Origin: an uncultured Candidatus Rokubacteria bacterium
Lineage (GTDB): Bacteria > Methylomirabilota > Methylomirabilia > Rokubacteriales > DASRDR01
DNA length: 64,000 nt
Direction of reading: 5' to 3'
Assembly (NCBI GenBank): GCA_963805625.1
Contig: CAWDVE010000017.1
Coordinates: 544,001-608,000, forward strand
The notes under the pieces were generated by a model. The model had not been told where the DNA came from. It searched no databases and was given only the letters and a program-made list of their open reading frames with translations. The position numbers and the translations under genes are program-made. How positions within the stretch are numbered: position 1 is the stretch's first letter; every line of letters begins with the position of its first letter. Shown here one piece after another: positions 1-9,621 of this stretch.

Positions 1-517
1 CGTTCGGGACAACATCGCCTTCGGGCTCCGCCAGCGCGGCGCCGGCCAGGCCGAGATCAGCCGGCGCGTGGACGACGCGCTGGCACTCATGGGGCTGACC
101 GAATTCGCGGCCGCCTATCCGGCACAGCTGTCCGGCGGCATGCGCCAGCGCGTGTGCATCGCCCGCACCCTGGTCCTCGAGCCGCGGCTCATCCTGCTCG
201 ACGAGCCGTTCGGGGCCCTGGACCAGCAGACGCGTCTGCTGATGGGCGACGAGCTCTTGAACCTCTGGCGACAGTCCGGCGCCACCGTGCTGCTCATCAC
301 CCACGCTCTGGACGAAGCCGCGATGCTCGCCGACCGCGTCGGTGTCATGTCGGCCCGCCCCGGGCGGTTCCTGGACATCGTGGAGACCGGCTGGCCGCGC
401 GGCCGGGACAGCACGATCGTCGCCGACGCCGAGTTCGGCCGGATCACCGGCCGGCTGTGGTCACTCCTGCGCGGCGAGTCGCTGAAGGCGCTGCGCTCCC
501 AGTCCGGGGCTCGCTGA
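1..517 (+). CDS. NitT/TauT-family ABC transporter ATP-binding protein (5' partial)
   Basis: LSGGMRQR signature, Walker B ILLDEPFGALD, ITH switch; frame runs off the window start. Confidence 0.93.
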   Translation, partial: VRDNIAFGLRQRGAGQAEISRRVDDALALMGLTEFAAAYPAQLSGGMRQRVCIARTLVLEPRLILLDEPFGALDQQTRLLMGDELLNLWRQSGATVLLITHALDEAAMLADRVGVMSARPGRFLDIVETGWPRGRDSTIVADAEFGRITGRLWSLLRGESLKALRSQSGAR

Positions 518-519
518 CC

Positions 520-1272
520 GTGCGGCCGGCCACCCGCCTCCGGATCGTCGTCCTGGTCGCGTCCATCGCCCTCGTCGAGGGGCTGTGCCGCACCGGCGTG
601 ATCGGCACCTTCACGATGATTCCGCCGACCGAGATGGCGCTCAGCCTATGGCGGCTCCTCCGCTCCGGCCGGGTGCAGGCCGACATCTACCGCACCCTGA
701 CCGCCGTTGCCATTGCCATCGGCTCGTCGATCGTCGTCGGCATCGTCGTCGGCGCGGCAGTGCACGCGCTGCCCCGGCTCCGGCGCACCGTCGACCCCCT
801 CCTGGCCGCGTACTACTCGGTGCCGGTGTTCGTTTTCTACCCGATGTTCATCGTGATGTTCGGCCTGAACGACATTCCCAAGGTCATGATCGGCTTTCTC
901 TACGCGGTGGCCGTGATGATCATTAACACGCTCAACGGCCTCGATCGGGTGTCGCCGGTGCTCCTGAAGACGGTCCGGGTGCTCCGGATGGGCCGGACCG
1001 CGACCGCCTTCAGTGTGGTGCTGCCCTGCGCCGCCCCCTACCTGTTCACCGGCGTCAAGCTGGCCATCGCCTATTCGTTTATCGGCGTCGTCGGCTCCGA
1101 GTTCATCCTGTCCAGCGGCGGACTGGGCTATCAGATCGGCTTCGCCTATCACGACTTCAATAACCCGACGATGTACGCCCTGATCCTGTTCATCCTGTCC
1201 TTCGTCCTGGTCGTGAACATGACGCTGCACGCCTGGGAGAAGGCGCTGATGGCGCGGCGCGGTCTCCGGTGA
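520..1272 (+). CDS. NitT/TauT-family ABC transporter permease
   Basis: GTG at 520 just after the ATPase stop; hydrophobic helices; C-terminal FIGVVGSEFILSSGGLGY motif. Confidence 0.88.
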   Translation: MRPATRLRIVVLVASIALVEGLCRTGVIGTFTMIPPTEMALSLWRLLRSGRVQADIYRTLTAVAIAIGSSIVVGIVVGAAVHALPRLRRTVDPLLAAYYSVPVFVFYPMFIVMFGLNDIPKVMIGFLYAVAVMIINTLNGLDRVSPVLLKTVRVLRMGRTATAFSVVLPCAAPYLFTGVKLAIAYSFIGVVGSEFILSSGGLGYQIGFAYHDFNNPTMYALILFILSFVLVVNMTLHAWEKALMARRGLR

Positions 1273-2033
1273 GTACCGCCGCGCCGTCCCGGCTGCTGGG
1301 GAGCCGAGCGGTCGACCTCGCGATCCTCGCCGGCGTGGTGCTGGCGGTGTGGCAGCTCGCGCATCGGGGGGGGGGCGAGGTGGCGATGACCACGCCTCTC
1401 GGCACGCTGCGCCACACCGCTCTCACGCTGGCGTCCGCCGAGTTCTGGCCGCATGCCGGAGCCACGCTGACCGCGTTCGTGATCGCGCTCCTGCTGGCCG
1501 CGGGCACCGGTGTCCTGGCCGGCGCGCTCCTCGGGTACCACCGACTGTCGGGCGAGGTCGCGGAGCCGGTCCTCGTGGCGATCTATTCCATCCCCAAGGT
1601 CACGCTGTACCCGATCATCCTGCTGTTCTTCGGCATCGGGATCAGCGCCGAGGTCGCCTTCGAGGCGCTTCACCGCGTCATCCCCATCACGCTCTTCACG
1701 ACGAACGCGGTGCGTAACATCAACCCCGTGCTCGTCAAGACGGGGCGGATCCTGCGCCTCCCCCCGTGGACGCTGCTCCGGTCCGTGCTCCTGCCCGCCA
1801 CGCTGCCGGAGGTGTTCACCGGGCTCCGGGTCGGCTTCGCTCTGACGCTGATCGGCACCCTGCTGAGCGAGATGTTCGGCTCGCGGCGCGGTCTCGGCTT
1901 CATGCTGATGAACGCGATCGGTCTACACAACATGGAGGTGATCATGTCGCTCACCTTCATGCTGGTCGCCTTCGCGGGCTCGGTGAACGCGCTCCTGCTC
2001 GCCGTCGACCACCGCTTGCATCGCCGAGTGTAG
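1269..2033 (+). CDS. NitT/TauT-family ABC transporter permease
   Basis: GTGA overlap with upstream gene; YSIPKVTLYP and GTLLSEMFGSRRGLGF motifs. Confidence 0.9.
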   Translation: MSTAAPSRLLGSRAVDLAILAGVVLAVWQLAHRGGGEVAMTTPLGTLRHTALTLASAEFWPHAGATLTAFVIALLLAAGTGVLAGALLGYHRLSGEVAEPVLVAIYSIPKVTLYPIILLFFGIGISAEVAFEALHRVIPITLFTTNAVRNINPVLVKTGRILRLPPWTLLRSVLLPATLPEVFTGLRVGFALTLIGTLLSEMFGSRRGLGFMLMNAIGLHNMEVIMSLTFMLVAFAGSVNALLLAVDHRLHRRV

Positions 2034-2175
2034 CCCTGTCATCGGATTGTGCGGGAACGGTGCGGACGGGGGTCCGAGGTCCAGGGCCTCGGTCGACATG
2101 CGCGGCTACGACGAGGTCGTCGCATGGCCAGGGGCGGGCGTCCCGGGGATGGAGGGGCCGACGACGTCAAGTATC

Positions 2176-2210
2176 GCTGCGAAATGTAGCACCGCGCTGT
2201 GAAATGCAGC
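2176..2210. promoter_or_regulatory. Tandem imperfect palindromes GCTGYGAAATGYAGC, putative operator pair
   Basis: GCTGCGAAATGTAGC at 2176-2190 and GCTGTGAAATGCAGC at 2196-2210, 20-bp period, intergenic. Confidence 0.45.
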
Positions 2211-2439
2211 GGCCGGCCCAACTGAGCTCCGCGAGCGGAACCCGGCGTCTAATCCGCTGCGGGGGATTGGGGCCAGTCGCGTCTTCTTGCCCCCTCGCCT
2301 GAAGACGCCCAAGTCCGAGGTGCGGCGGGGGCCGTCCGGTGCCGTCCTTGACACTGCCCGCGCTGGCGCGCACGTCGAAGTCGAGTGGGTCAGGGCTGCA
2401 ATCCCGACTGGAGGGAACGGGGGAAACGGTCGAAAAGGG

Positions 2440-2692
2440 GCCGCTGATCGTGCTCGGGCAGATCTACCAGTGCCACGGTGATCCGGCCCAGACGATGGTG
2501 CATTCCGGAGGGCGCTCGCGGAAGAGACCGGGGAGCCCCAGCTCCTGTTTCCCTGCTACGATGGCCTTGCCACCGTTCATGTGGACCTAGGCGACGAGGG
2601 CCGGGCCGAGGCGTTCATGCAGAGAGTCCAGGCAGGGAGTGAGGGGGAAGCTCGAGCCCGCCGCGCTCGTGGTGCTGCCATTCCTGGATTGA
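2440..2692 (+). pseudogene. Frameshifted C-terminal remnant of a TPR-containing protein
   Basis: Helical TPR-like peptides in shifting frames: PLIVLGQIYQCHGDP / EETGEPQLLFPCYDGLATVHVDLGDEGRAEAFMQR / LEPAALVVLPFLD-stop; no start found. Confidence 0.5.
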
Positions 2693-2717
2693 AAGCAAGC
2701 ACGAGGAGACACTGGTC

Positions 2718-3383
2718 ATGACAGTCGAGCCCCTCCGTCCCGGTGAGCCTGCCCCAGATTTCGCCCTGCCCGCGGTCAATCGGGAAGGTCAGGTCTCGCT
2801 CGCCGAGTATCGTGGCCGCAGCCCGATCCTGGTCGGTCTGTTCCGAGGGCTCCACTGACCCTTCTGCCGACGCCAGCTCGTGCAGCTGGGCACCACGCAG
2901 GAGAAGCTCAAGGCCGTGGGCGTGGAGACGCTGGCGGTGGTCAACACCGCGCTCGAGCGCGCGCGGCTCTACTTCAGGTATCGCCCGACCCGCGTGCTGC
3001 TCGCCGCGGACCCCGATGCGGCGACGCACCGGGCGTTTGGGGTACCCGCAGGCGTGCTCGTCGAGGACGAGGCGGCAGCCGCGTGGCCGCTCCGCGCCAC
3101 GATTGGCCAGCTGCAGACGGTACTGATCAATCCCACCGGAGAGCTGCCCGCGCCGCTGAACCCCTTCGCGGCAAAGGAGGCGCTGAACCAGCGGGACGGC
3201 TTCGAGCCGACCGAGGTCGACCAGCAGATCGCGACCGCGCACGGCACCCAGCTGACCGGGCACTTTCTCATCGACCGGGAGGGGATCATCCGGTGGGGGC
3301 AGATCGAGGCCGGCGAGCGGATCGGCGACCTCGGCAAGTTCCCGAGCGACGAGGAGATCCTGCGCGCGGCCCGCGGTCTCTAG
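2718..3383 (+). CDS. AhpC/TSA (peroxiredoxin-like) redoxin, probable selenoprotein (Sec at TGA 2856-2858)
   Basis: GAGGAG RBS then ATG 2718; MTVEPLRPGEPAPDFALP...GLFRGLH-TGA-PFCRRQL continues in frame into the 2880..3383 ORF (GHFLIDREGIIRW); TGA sits at the first Cys of CxxC. Confidence 0.85.
2873..2889 (+). other. Putative bacterial SECIS hairpin
   Basis: CCAGCT-CGTGC-AGCTGG; loop starts 21 nt after the in-frame TGA with G at loop position 2. Confidence 0.55.
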
Positions 3384-3470
3384 GCCGGCTCCGGCCTGGC
3401 CCGATTCATTGCGGCCACCGACCGCCGGGCCGGGACCCCACCGCGTGGTTCGAGGCGGCGATGCCGCCGC

Positions 3471-3887
3471 TTACCCTTGCCTCCCCAAGTGAAGGTCGAA
3501 GAAGCGCGCGACTTCATCGTGGTACTCGCGGGTCTCGGGTGCGGTGATGTCGGCGAGGTACTGCGCGTGAGATTGACCTTCCCACACCTGCAGCACCGCC
3601 TCGACCCCGGCCGCGCGCAGCTTGCGATGCATCCGCACCGTGTTCGACAAGTACAGGTCGCGTGTGCCGCTGGTCAGGATGGTCGGCGGAAATCCGCGCA
3701 CATCTCCGTAGATGGGAGATAGCAGCGGGTCTCTCAGGTTGCGTCCGTTGGCGTAGAGCAGGGCGGTGGCTCGGATGAAGCCGTCCTGGGTGCCCAGGAC
3801 GTTGTCGACCATGGCGTTCGTGAACAAGGTTTCGCCGGTCTTGGTCAAGTCCACCGTAGGCGTGCCCGGCGCTATGGCACCGGGCAT
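3471..3887 (-). pseudogene. C-terminal fragment of an alpha/beta hydrolase (HSL-type esterase)
   Basis: DPLLSPIYGDVRGFPPTILTSGTRD...WEGQSH carries the catalytic Asp/His; the HGG and GxSxG half is absent. Confidence 0.75.
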
Positions 3888-3916
3888 CGGCAGGCCGACT
3901 GTGATCCGGGCACTCG

Positions 3917-3933
3917 GTGACGATTTTCGTCAC
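3917..3933. promoter_or_regulatory. Palindrome GTGACGA-TTT-TCGTCAC, putative regulator site
   Basis: Perfect 7-bp arms about 105 bp upstream of the receiver gene. Confidence 0.4.
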
Positions 3934-4039
3934 TTCCGGGAGGGTCTCCGGGCCGCTCAGCGGACAAATCGCAGGCCATTCGGCCATCTGAGCGACGTCC
4001 TGCAAGCTGGCACGCCTTGCAAGACCTGCCCTGGTCACC

Positions 4040-4447
4040 ATGGAAGAACAACGTCGCCTCCGGGTGCTCGTGATCGACGACGATCCCAGTGTGCGTGAGA
4101 TCGTGTGCTATCTGGTCGCCTCGTTCGGGTACGACTGTGAGACGGCGGCCGATGGCGCGAGGGGACTGGCTCGCTTCGACGAGGGGGGTTGGGACCTCGT
4201 GATCACGGACCTCGCCATGCCGAGGATGAGCGGGTGGGAGCTCGCGGAGGCCATCCGGCAACGATCCCCGACCATGCCGATCGTCCTCATCACGGGACTG
4301 ATTGACTCCGAGGTGATGCGGCGCGCCGACGAGCGGGGCCTGCCCGTCGTCCCGAAGCCATTTCGCGAGGAGATGCTGAAGACGGTCGTGGCCAAGGCGC
4401 TCCGGGCACGTCCTTCTTTCGAGACCAGTTCCTCCCACCAGGGCTGA
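4040..4447 (+). CDS. Single-domain response regulator (receiver)
   Basis: LVIDDD, ITDLAMP (phosphoacceptor Asp), ITG, KPF motifs. Confidence 0.9.
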   Translation: MEEQRRLRVLVIDDDPSVREIVCYLVASFGYDCETAADGARGLARFDEGGWDLVITDLAMPRMSGWELAEAIRQRSPTMPIVLITGLIDSEVMRRADERGLPVVPKPFREEMLKTVVAKALRARPSFETSSSHQG

Positions 4448-4781
4448 GCCGTTCCGGTCGCCGTTCCGAGTCACCAGCCGACCGCTGACGCTTGAGAGTC
4501 TCGGGAAGCCTCCTTCGACCGTAGCTCCTCGTCCGTTCGCACTTGAGCTGGCGCCACAACCCTGCGAGGAAAGCGACAGGGTGACAGCACGTCCTTCCGC
4601 GGAGCCGCGGCCAGGCTGGGAAGGTGTACCCTCTCGTGAGGGTCCACTTGACGGCGATACTCCGGGCGCCCGGCGCGGATAGGAAAGCTCGGGAACGGGT
4701 TCACGGCACGTTCGCTGGCGAGAGAGAGCTCAGTCAAGTCATGGTGGGGACGAGAGCCCCCGCACAGTTGGTGAGTGATCT

Positions 4782-5000
4782 ATGCCAAGCCTGAAGCTCC
4801 TGGATGCGATCGGCAACACTCCCTTGGTCGAGCTCCACCACGTCGTACCGGCCGGGTCCGCGCGCGTGGTCGCCAAGCTGGAGTCGGCGAATCCCACCGG
4901 GAGCATGAAAGATCGTTTGGCCCGGGCGCTGATTGAACGCGCCGCCGCGGACGGACGGCTCTCACTGGGAGGCACGGTCGTCGAATACACGGCCGGCACC
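4782..5000 (+). pseudogene. cysK: N-terminal fragment of cysteine synthase
   Basis: LDAIGNTPLVEL...AKLESANPTGSMKDRLA...VVEYTAGT, then similarity stops abruptly. Confidence 0.8.
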
Positions 5001-5736
5001 GGGCATGCGTGCCCCGAGCGTCGACACGAGCCTCTACTTCTCGCCGCGCCCGCCCCAGTTGCCCTATGCGTTGAGCATGCAGCAGGCGGAAGGGAGGGCG
5101 ACGCGCCGAGACGGCAGCGTCCCTGAGGATGCGACGGTGGTCTGCGGCTTCCTGGGGCTCGACGCTCGGCCGTTCAATCCGCTTCTGGCGGCGCTCCCTC
5201 GCGTGCTTCGGATTCCGGGCAGCACGCTGGGACCCGACTCCTGGGTCACGACCTTCATGCGGTCGGTCGTGGCCGAGTCGAACTCGAGGCGGCCCGGCGG
5301 CGAAGCGGTGCTCGAACGGATGAGCGAGATGCTCTTCGTGGAAGTGCTGCGTCGGCACATCGACTCGCTCCCGCCGGAACAGAAGGGCTGGCTCGCGGGA
5401 ATGCGGGACCCGGCCATTGGTCGCGCGCTCTCCCTCATTCACGAGAAGCCCGCCGAGGCGTGGACGCTGGAGCGATTGAGCGAGGAGGCGGGGCTCTCGC
5501 GCTCGTCGCTTCACGAGCGCTTTGTGCACTTCATCGGCCAGCCGCCGATGCACTATCTGGCCCGGTGGAGAATGCAGGTCGCGTCGGGACTGTTGCGCGA
5601 CACGAGCGCGAAGCTGGTGGCGGTGGCGCTGGACGTCGGCTACGAGAGTGAAGCCGCCTTCTCGCGGGCTTTCAGACGGGTCGCCGGTATGTCGCCCGGG
5701 GCGTGGCGCAAGGTGAAGCGGGCTAGTTCGCGATGA
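4996..5736 (+). pseudogene. AraC-family regulator lacking its N-terminus
   Basis: VCGFLG...FNPLLAALP sensor remnant and double HTH (WTLERLSEEAGLSRS...VGYESEAAFSRAFRR); no own start, joined out of frame to the cysK fragment. Confidence 0.78.
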
Positions 5737-6041
5737 TCCAGGTTGCGTGACCCCGGGGGGCAGGACCCGTGAGGGTTGCCGCTGTCTGATCCTGCGGGGA
5801 TTGATCTGACCTGATGGGCTCGCGGACGGACGTGTGTCTGGGGGCCGACACGCTCCCGATGACATGCGGTCCTTCTCCGCGCGAGGTCTGGATCGAGGAT
5901 GTGCCACGGTACATGCCGCCTACATGACAGGCAGGGCGGCCGGGACTTGGCCGGGGAGGGCTCCGCGGCGAGGATTGCGGATGCCGCGAGCCGGCCGAGC
6001 GCAGGCCAAGGCTCACGCCGAGCGTGATAGCATGCCTCGGC

Positions 6042-7439
6042 ATGGTCGGGACCGATCCCACGCGCGCAACGGTGACCGAGCTGTCGGCCGCGCTCGAGAG
6101 CCGACAGCTCTCTCCCGTCGGCCTCATGGATGCCGTCCTCGACCGGATCGCGCGGCGCGACCCTGAGCTCCACGCCTTCGTCACCGTCTACCGCGACGAC
6201 GCGCGGCTCGCCGCCGAGGCGGCCGAGCGGGCCATACGCTCAGGCCACCGGATCGGCCCGCTTCACGGCATTCCGGTCGCCCTGAAGGACCTGGTCGAGC
6301 TCGAAGGCCGGGTCACCACCGGCGGATCGAAGGCGTGGCTGTCCCGCATCTCGTCGGAGACCGCGACTCTGGCGCGACGGCTCGTCGAGGCCGGCATGAT
6401 CGTGCTCGGCAAGACGCACACGGTCGAGTTCGCCATGGGCGGCTTTGGGACCAATGTCGAGCTCGGCACGCCGCGTAACCCCTGGGACCTCCGGATTCAT
6501 CGCACGCCGGGCGGCTCGTCGAGTGGCTCGGGCGTCGCCGTCGCCGCCGCTCTCGCCCCGGCGGCGATCGGCACCGATACCGGCGGCTCGGTGCGTCTTC
6601 CCTCGGCATGGTGCGGCATCGTCGGGCTGAAGGTCACGGTAGGGCGCATCTCGACCCACGGCGTCCTGCCGTTGTCCACGACGCTGGACACGCCAGGGCC
6701 GATGGCGCGATCCGTCGAGGACGCAGCGATCATGTTCCGTGTGCTGCAGGGCCCGGACCCTCTCGATCTCCGGACGCGGCTCGAGCCCCCCATCGATCCG
6801 ATCCCGGGGCTTCGCCGCGGCGTGGCCGGTCTCCGCCTCGGAATCCTGTCGCAGTCCGAGCGCGCCGGGGTTGATGCCGAGGTCCTCGAAGCCTACGATC
6901 GCGCGGTCGATGCTCTCGCGCGCCTCGGCGCCCGGGTCGAGCAAGCGAGGCTTCCCCGGACGTTCCAGGACTACCTCGCGGGGACCGGCCGGATCATCGC
7001 GGCCGAGGCCTACCACGTCCTGGGCCCGCTTGCCGAGGATCCGGCGCTCCCGCTGGGCTCGCACGTCCGGGCCCGGCTCCTCCAGGGGCGCGGCGTGACC
7101 GCCCGTGACTACCTGGAGACGCTCCATCAGCAAGCGGAGGATCAGCGAGGCTACGCGGCGGCGACGTCCGATCTCGACGCGCTGTTGACCCCGACGACCC
7201 GCACGCCGGCGATCCCGTTGACCGAGGTCGACGAGGGGACCACGCCGGCGTACTTCACGCGCATGGCCAACTACCTGGGCCTGTGCGCGCTCGCGGTGCC
7301 GAATGGCTTGACCCGGGCCGGCCTGCCCACATCGCTCCAGATCATCGGCCCCCCGTTTGCCGAGGCCATCGTCCTGCGTATCGGCTGGGCCTACGAGCAG
7401 GCCACGGAGTGGCACATGCGCCGCCCGCCCGAGGCCTGA
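6042..7439 (+). CDS. Amidase-signature family enzyme
   Basis: GPLHGIPVALKD, GGSSSGS, GTDTGGSVRLP (Ser-cisSer-Lys triad). Confidence 0.92.
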   Translation: MVGTDPTRATVTELSAALESRQLSPVGLMDAVLDRIARRDPELHAFVTVYRDDARLAAEAAERAIRSGHRIGPLHGIPVALKDLVELEGRVTTGGSKAWLSRISSETATLARRLVEAGMIVLGKTHTVEFAMGGFGTNVELGTPRNPWDLRIHRTPGGSSSGSGVAVAAALAPAAIGTDTGGSVRLPSAWCGIVGLKVTVGRISTHGVLPLSTTLDTPGPMARSVEDAAIMFRVLQGPDPLDLRTRLEPPIDPIPGLRRGVAGLRLGILSQSERAGVDAEVLEAYDRAVDALARLGARVEQARLPRTFQDYLAGTGRIIAAEAYHVLGPLAEDPALPLGSHVRARLLQGRGVTARDYLETLHQQAEDQRGYAAATSDLDALLTPTTRTPAIPLTEVDEGTTPAYFTRMANYLGLCALAVPNGLTRAGLPTSLQIIGPPFAEAIVLRIGWAYEQATEWHMRRPPEA

Positions 7440-7602
7440 CGGGCATCAGTTCGTGTCTCACGGGCTTTGTCGCCCTCGTCTTTGCGCGAACGCCCCGGAA
7501 TCCGCGGTTTGGCCCCTGGTATCCCGAGGTAGGATGAGCCATGCTGAAGGCTCACGCCCCACCGAAGCCCCATCTCCTGCACGGCCTCGCCAACTGCCCC
7601 GC

Positions 7603-8634
7603 ATGAGCCCGTCGCCGATCGATCACGTAGAGACCCGGGCGCTCGGGCGCACCGCGGTGCGGGTGACTCGCCTCGGGTTCGGGGGCGCGCCGCTCGGCAA
7701 TCTCTTCCGTCCGATCTCGGAGGCCCAGGCCGTCGACACGGTGCGTGCTGCCTGGGCCGCCGGCGTGCGCTACTTCGATACCGCTCCCCTGTACGGCCAC
7801 GGGCTCAGCGAGCGACGCATCGGCGCGGCGCTCCACGGCCAGCCCCGCGATGCGTTCGTGCTCTCGACCAAGGTCGGGCGGCGCCTCGTGCCTCGGCCCG
7901 CCGATCCCGCCGCGGAGAGCGCCTACGTCCACACGCCGGCGCTGACGCCGGTGTTCGACTACACGGCCGAATCGGCGCGGGACTCCCTCGCCGCGAGCCT
8001 CGAGCGACTAGGGGTCGGCCGCGTGGACGTCGTGCTGATCCACGACATCGGCCAGGTCACGCATGGCACCGAAGATGCCGCCCGGTATCGCCAGGCCATG
8101 GACGGAGCGTATCGCGTGCTGCACGACCTCCGCGCCGCCGGTGTCATCCGGGCGATCGGCGTCGGCGCCAACGAGTGGCAGATCCTCGAGCGCTGCGTGC
8201 GGGACGGCGACTTCGATTGCTTCCTGCTCGCCGGGCGGTACTCCCTCCTCGAGCAGACCGCGCTCGACAGTTTTCTGCCACTGTGCACCCGGCGTGGCAT
8301 CAGCGTGATCGTGGGCGGGCCCTTCAACTCCGGGATCCTGGCCAGCGGCGCGGCCACGGGGGCGACCTACAACTACCAGCCCGCCCCGCCTGCGATCCTC
8401 GAGCGCGTTCGGGCGCTGGAGCGCGTCGTGACCGCCCACGGCGTGTCCCTCGCGACCGCGGCGCTCCAGTTCCCGTTCCACCACCCCGCCGTGACCACGG
8501 TCATCCCCGGCGCCCGGGCCGCCGCCGAGGTCGAGCAGAATCTCGGGCTCCTTCGCTCCGTGATCCCGCCGGCGGTCTGGCGCGATCTGAAGACCGAGGG
8601 TCTCGTCCGGCCCGACGCGCCTACTCCTGGATGA
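7603..8634 (+). CDS. Aldo/keto reductase (D-threo-aldose/L-fucose dehydrogenase-like)
   Basis: GFGGAPLGNLF, FDTAPLYGHGLSE, STKVGR, LIHD, LLAGRYSLLEQ; alternative start 7534. Confidence 0.87.
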   Translation: MSPSPIDHVETRALGRTAVRVTRLGFGGAPLGNLFRPISEAQAVDTVRAAWAAGVRYFDTAPLYGHGLSERRIGAALHGQPRDAFVLSTKVGRRLVPRPADPAAESAYVHTPALTPVFDYTAESARDSLAASLERLGVGRVDVVLIHDIGQVTHGTEDAARYRQAMDGAYRVLHDLRAAGVIRAIGVGANEWQILERCVRDGDFDCFLLAGRYSLLEQTALDSFLPLCTRRGISVIVGGPFNSGILASGAATGATYNYQPAPPAILERVRALERVVTAHGVSLATAALQFPFHHPAVTTVIPGARAAAEVEQNLGLLRSVIPPAVWRDLKTEGLVRPDAPTPG

Positions 8635-9473
8635 CGGTGCGCGGGGCGCGGCGCGTCGACGCCCACCAGCACTTCTGGCGCCTTGCGCGGGCCGACTACG
8701 GCTGGCTCACCCCGGCCCTGGCACCCATCTACCGAGACTTCGCGCCAGCCGATCTCACCCCGCTGCTCGCCCGTACCGGGATCGACGCCACCGTGCTCGT
8801 CCAGGCGGCGCCGACGCTGGCCGAGACGCGCTTTTTGCTCGAGCTCGCCGCGGCGACGCCCATCGTGGCGGCCGTCGTCGGCTGGGCGCCGCTCGACGCG
8901 CCTGATGCGCCCGAGGTGGTCGCCGATCTCGCCCGGGACCCGTATCTCAAGGGCCTCCGCCCGATGCTCCACGACATCCCGGACGTCGACTGGATGCTCG
9001 GCCCTGCGCTCGCGCCGGGCCTCCGCGCGATCGCGGCGTTGGACCTCGCCTTTGACGCCCTGGTCCGACCGCCGCACCTGCCGAACCTCCGCCGGCTGTT
9101 GGAGCAGCACCCCGATCTCCGCGTGGTGATCGACCACGGGGCCAAGCCGGAGATCGGGCGGGGCGCGCGTGAGCCTTGGGCTACTCACATGGCCGGACTC
9201 GCACGGGACACGCGTGCGTGGGTCAAGCTCTCGGGACTGGTGACCGAGGATGGGCCGGGGTGGTCGGTCGACCGCTTGCGGCCCTACGTCGATCATCTGC
9301 TCGATTGCTTCGGCCCGGAGCGCCTGATCTTCGGGAGCGACTGGCCCGTCGTCACCCTGCGGGCCACCTATGCCGAGTGGGTCGCTGCGGCCGAGGCGCT
9401 CCTCGCCGGCCTCGAGCGGGACGCGCGAGACCGTGTGTTAGGACTCAACGCGACGACGTGCTACCGCCTCTGA
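8631..9473 (+). CDS. Amidohydrolase_2 family (L-fuconolactonase-like)
   Basis: DAHQHFW, VLVQA, IDHGAKP, KLSGL, FGSDWPV; ATGA overlap with the reductase. Confidence 0.88.
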   Translation: MTVRGARRVDAHQHFWRLARADYGWLTPALAPIYRDFAPADLTPLLARTGIDATVLVQAAPTLAETRFLLELAAATPIVAAVVGWAPLDAPDAPEVVADLARDPYLKGLRPMLHDIPDVDWMLGPALAPGLRAIAALDLAFDALVRPPHLPNLRRLLEQHPDLRVVIDHGAKPEIGRGAREPWATHMAGLARDTRAWVKLSGLVTEDGPGWSVDRLRPYVDHLLDCFGPERLIFGSDWPVVTLRATYAEWVAAAEALLAGLERDARDRVLGLNATTCYRL

Positions 9474-9621
9474 GCGGCAGGGTCACCTCAGCCCGAGCCG
9501 ACCGCCATCCGCCGTGCGGAGGAAGTTGCCGTGTCATCCATCGACACGCCGCCGTGCTCGGTCGTCCTGTCTGGTTCCGCAGGCCCCTTAGTCTGACCGC
9601 GACCCGATCATCGTCCGGGGG

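Noticed and set aside
4008-4022. TGGCACGCCTTGCAA as a sigma54 promoter for the receiver gene
   Set aside because: GG-to-GC spacing is 8 nt instead of the required 10.
5815-5928. Short ORF MGSRTDVCLGADTLPMTCG... as a RiPP precursor
   Set aside because: No clear RBS and no modifying enzymes nearby.
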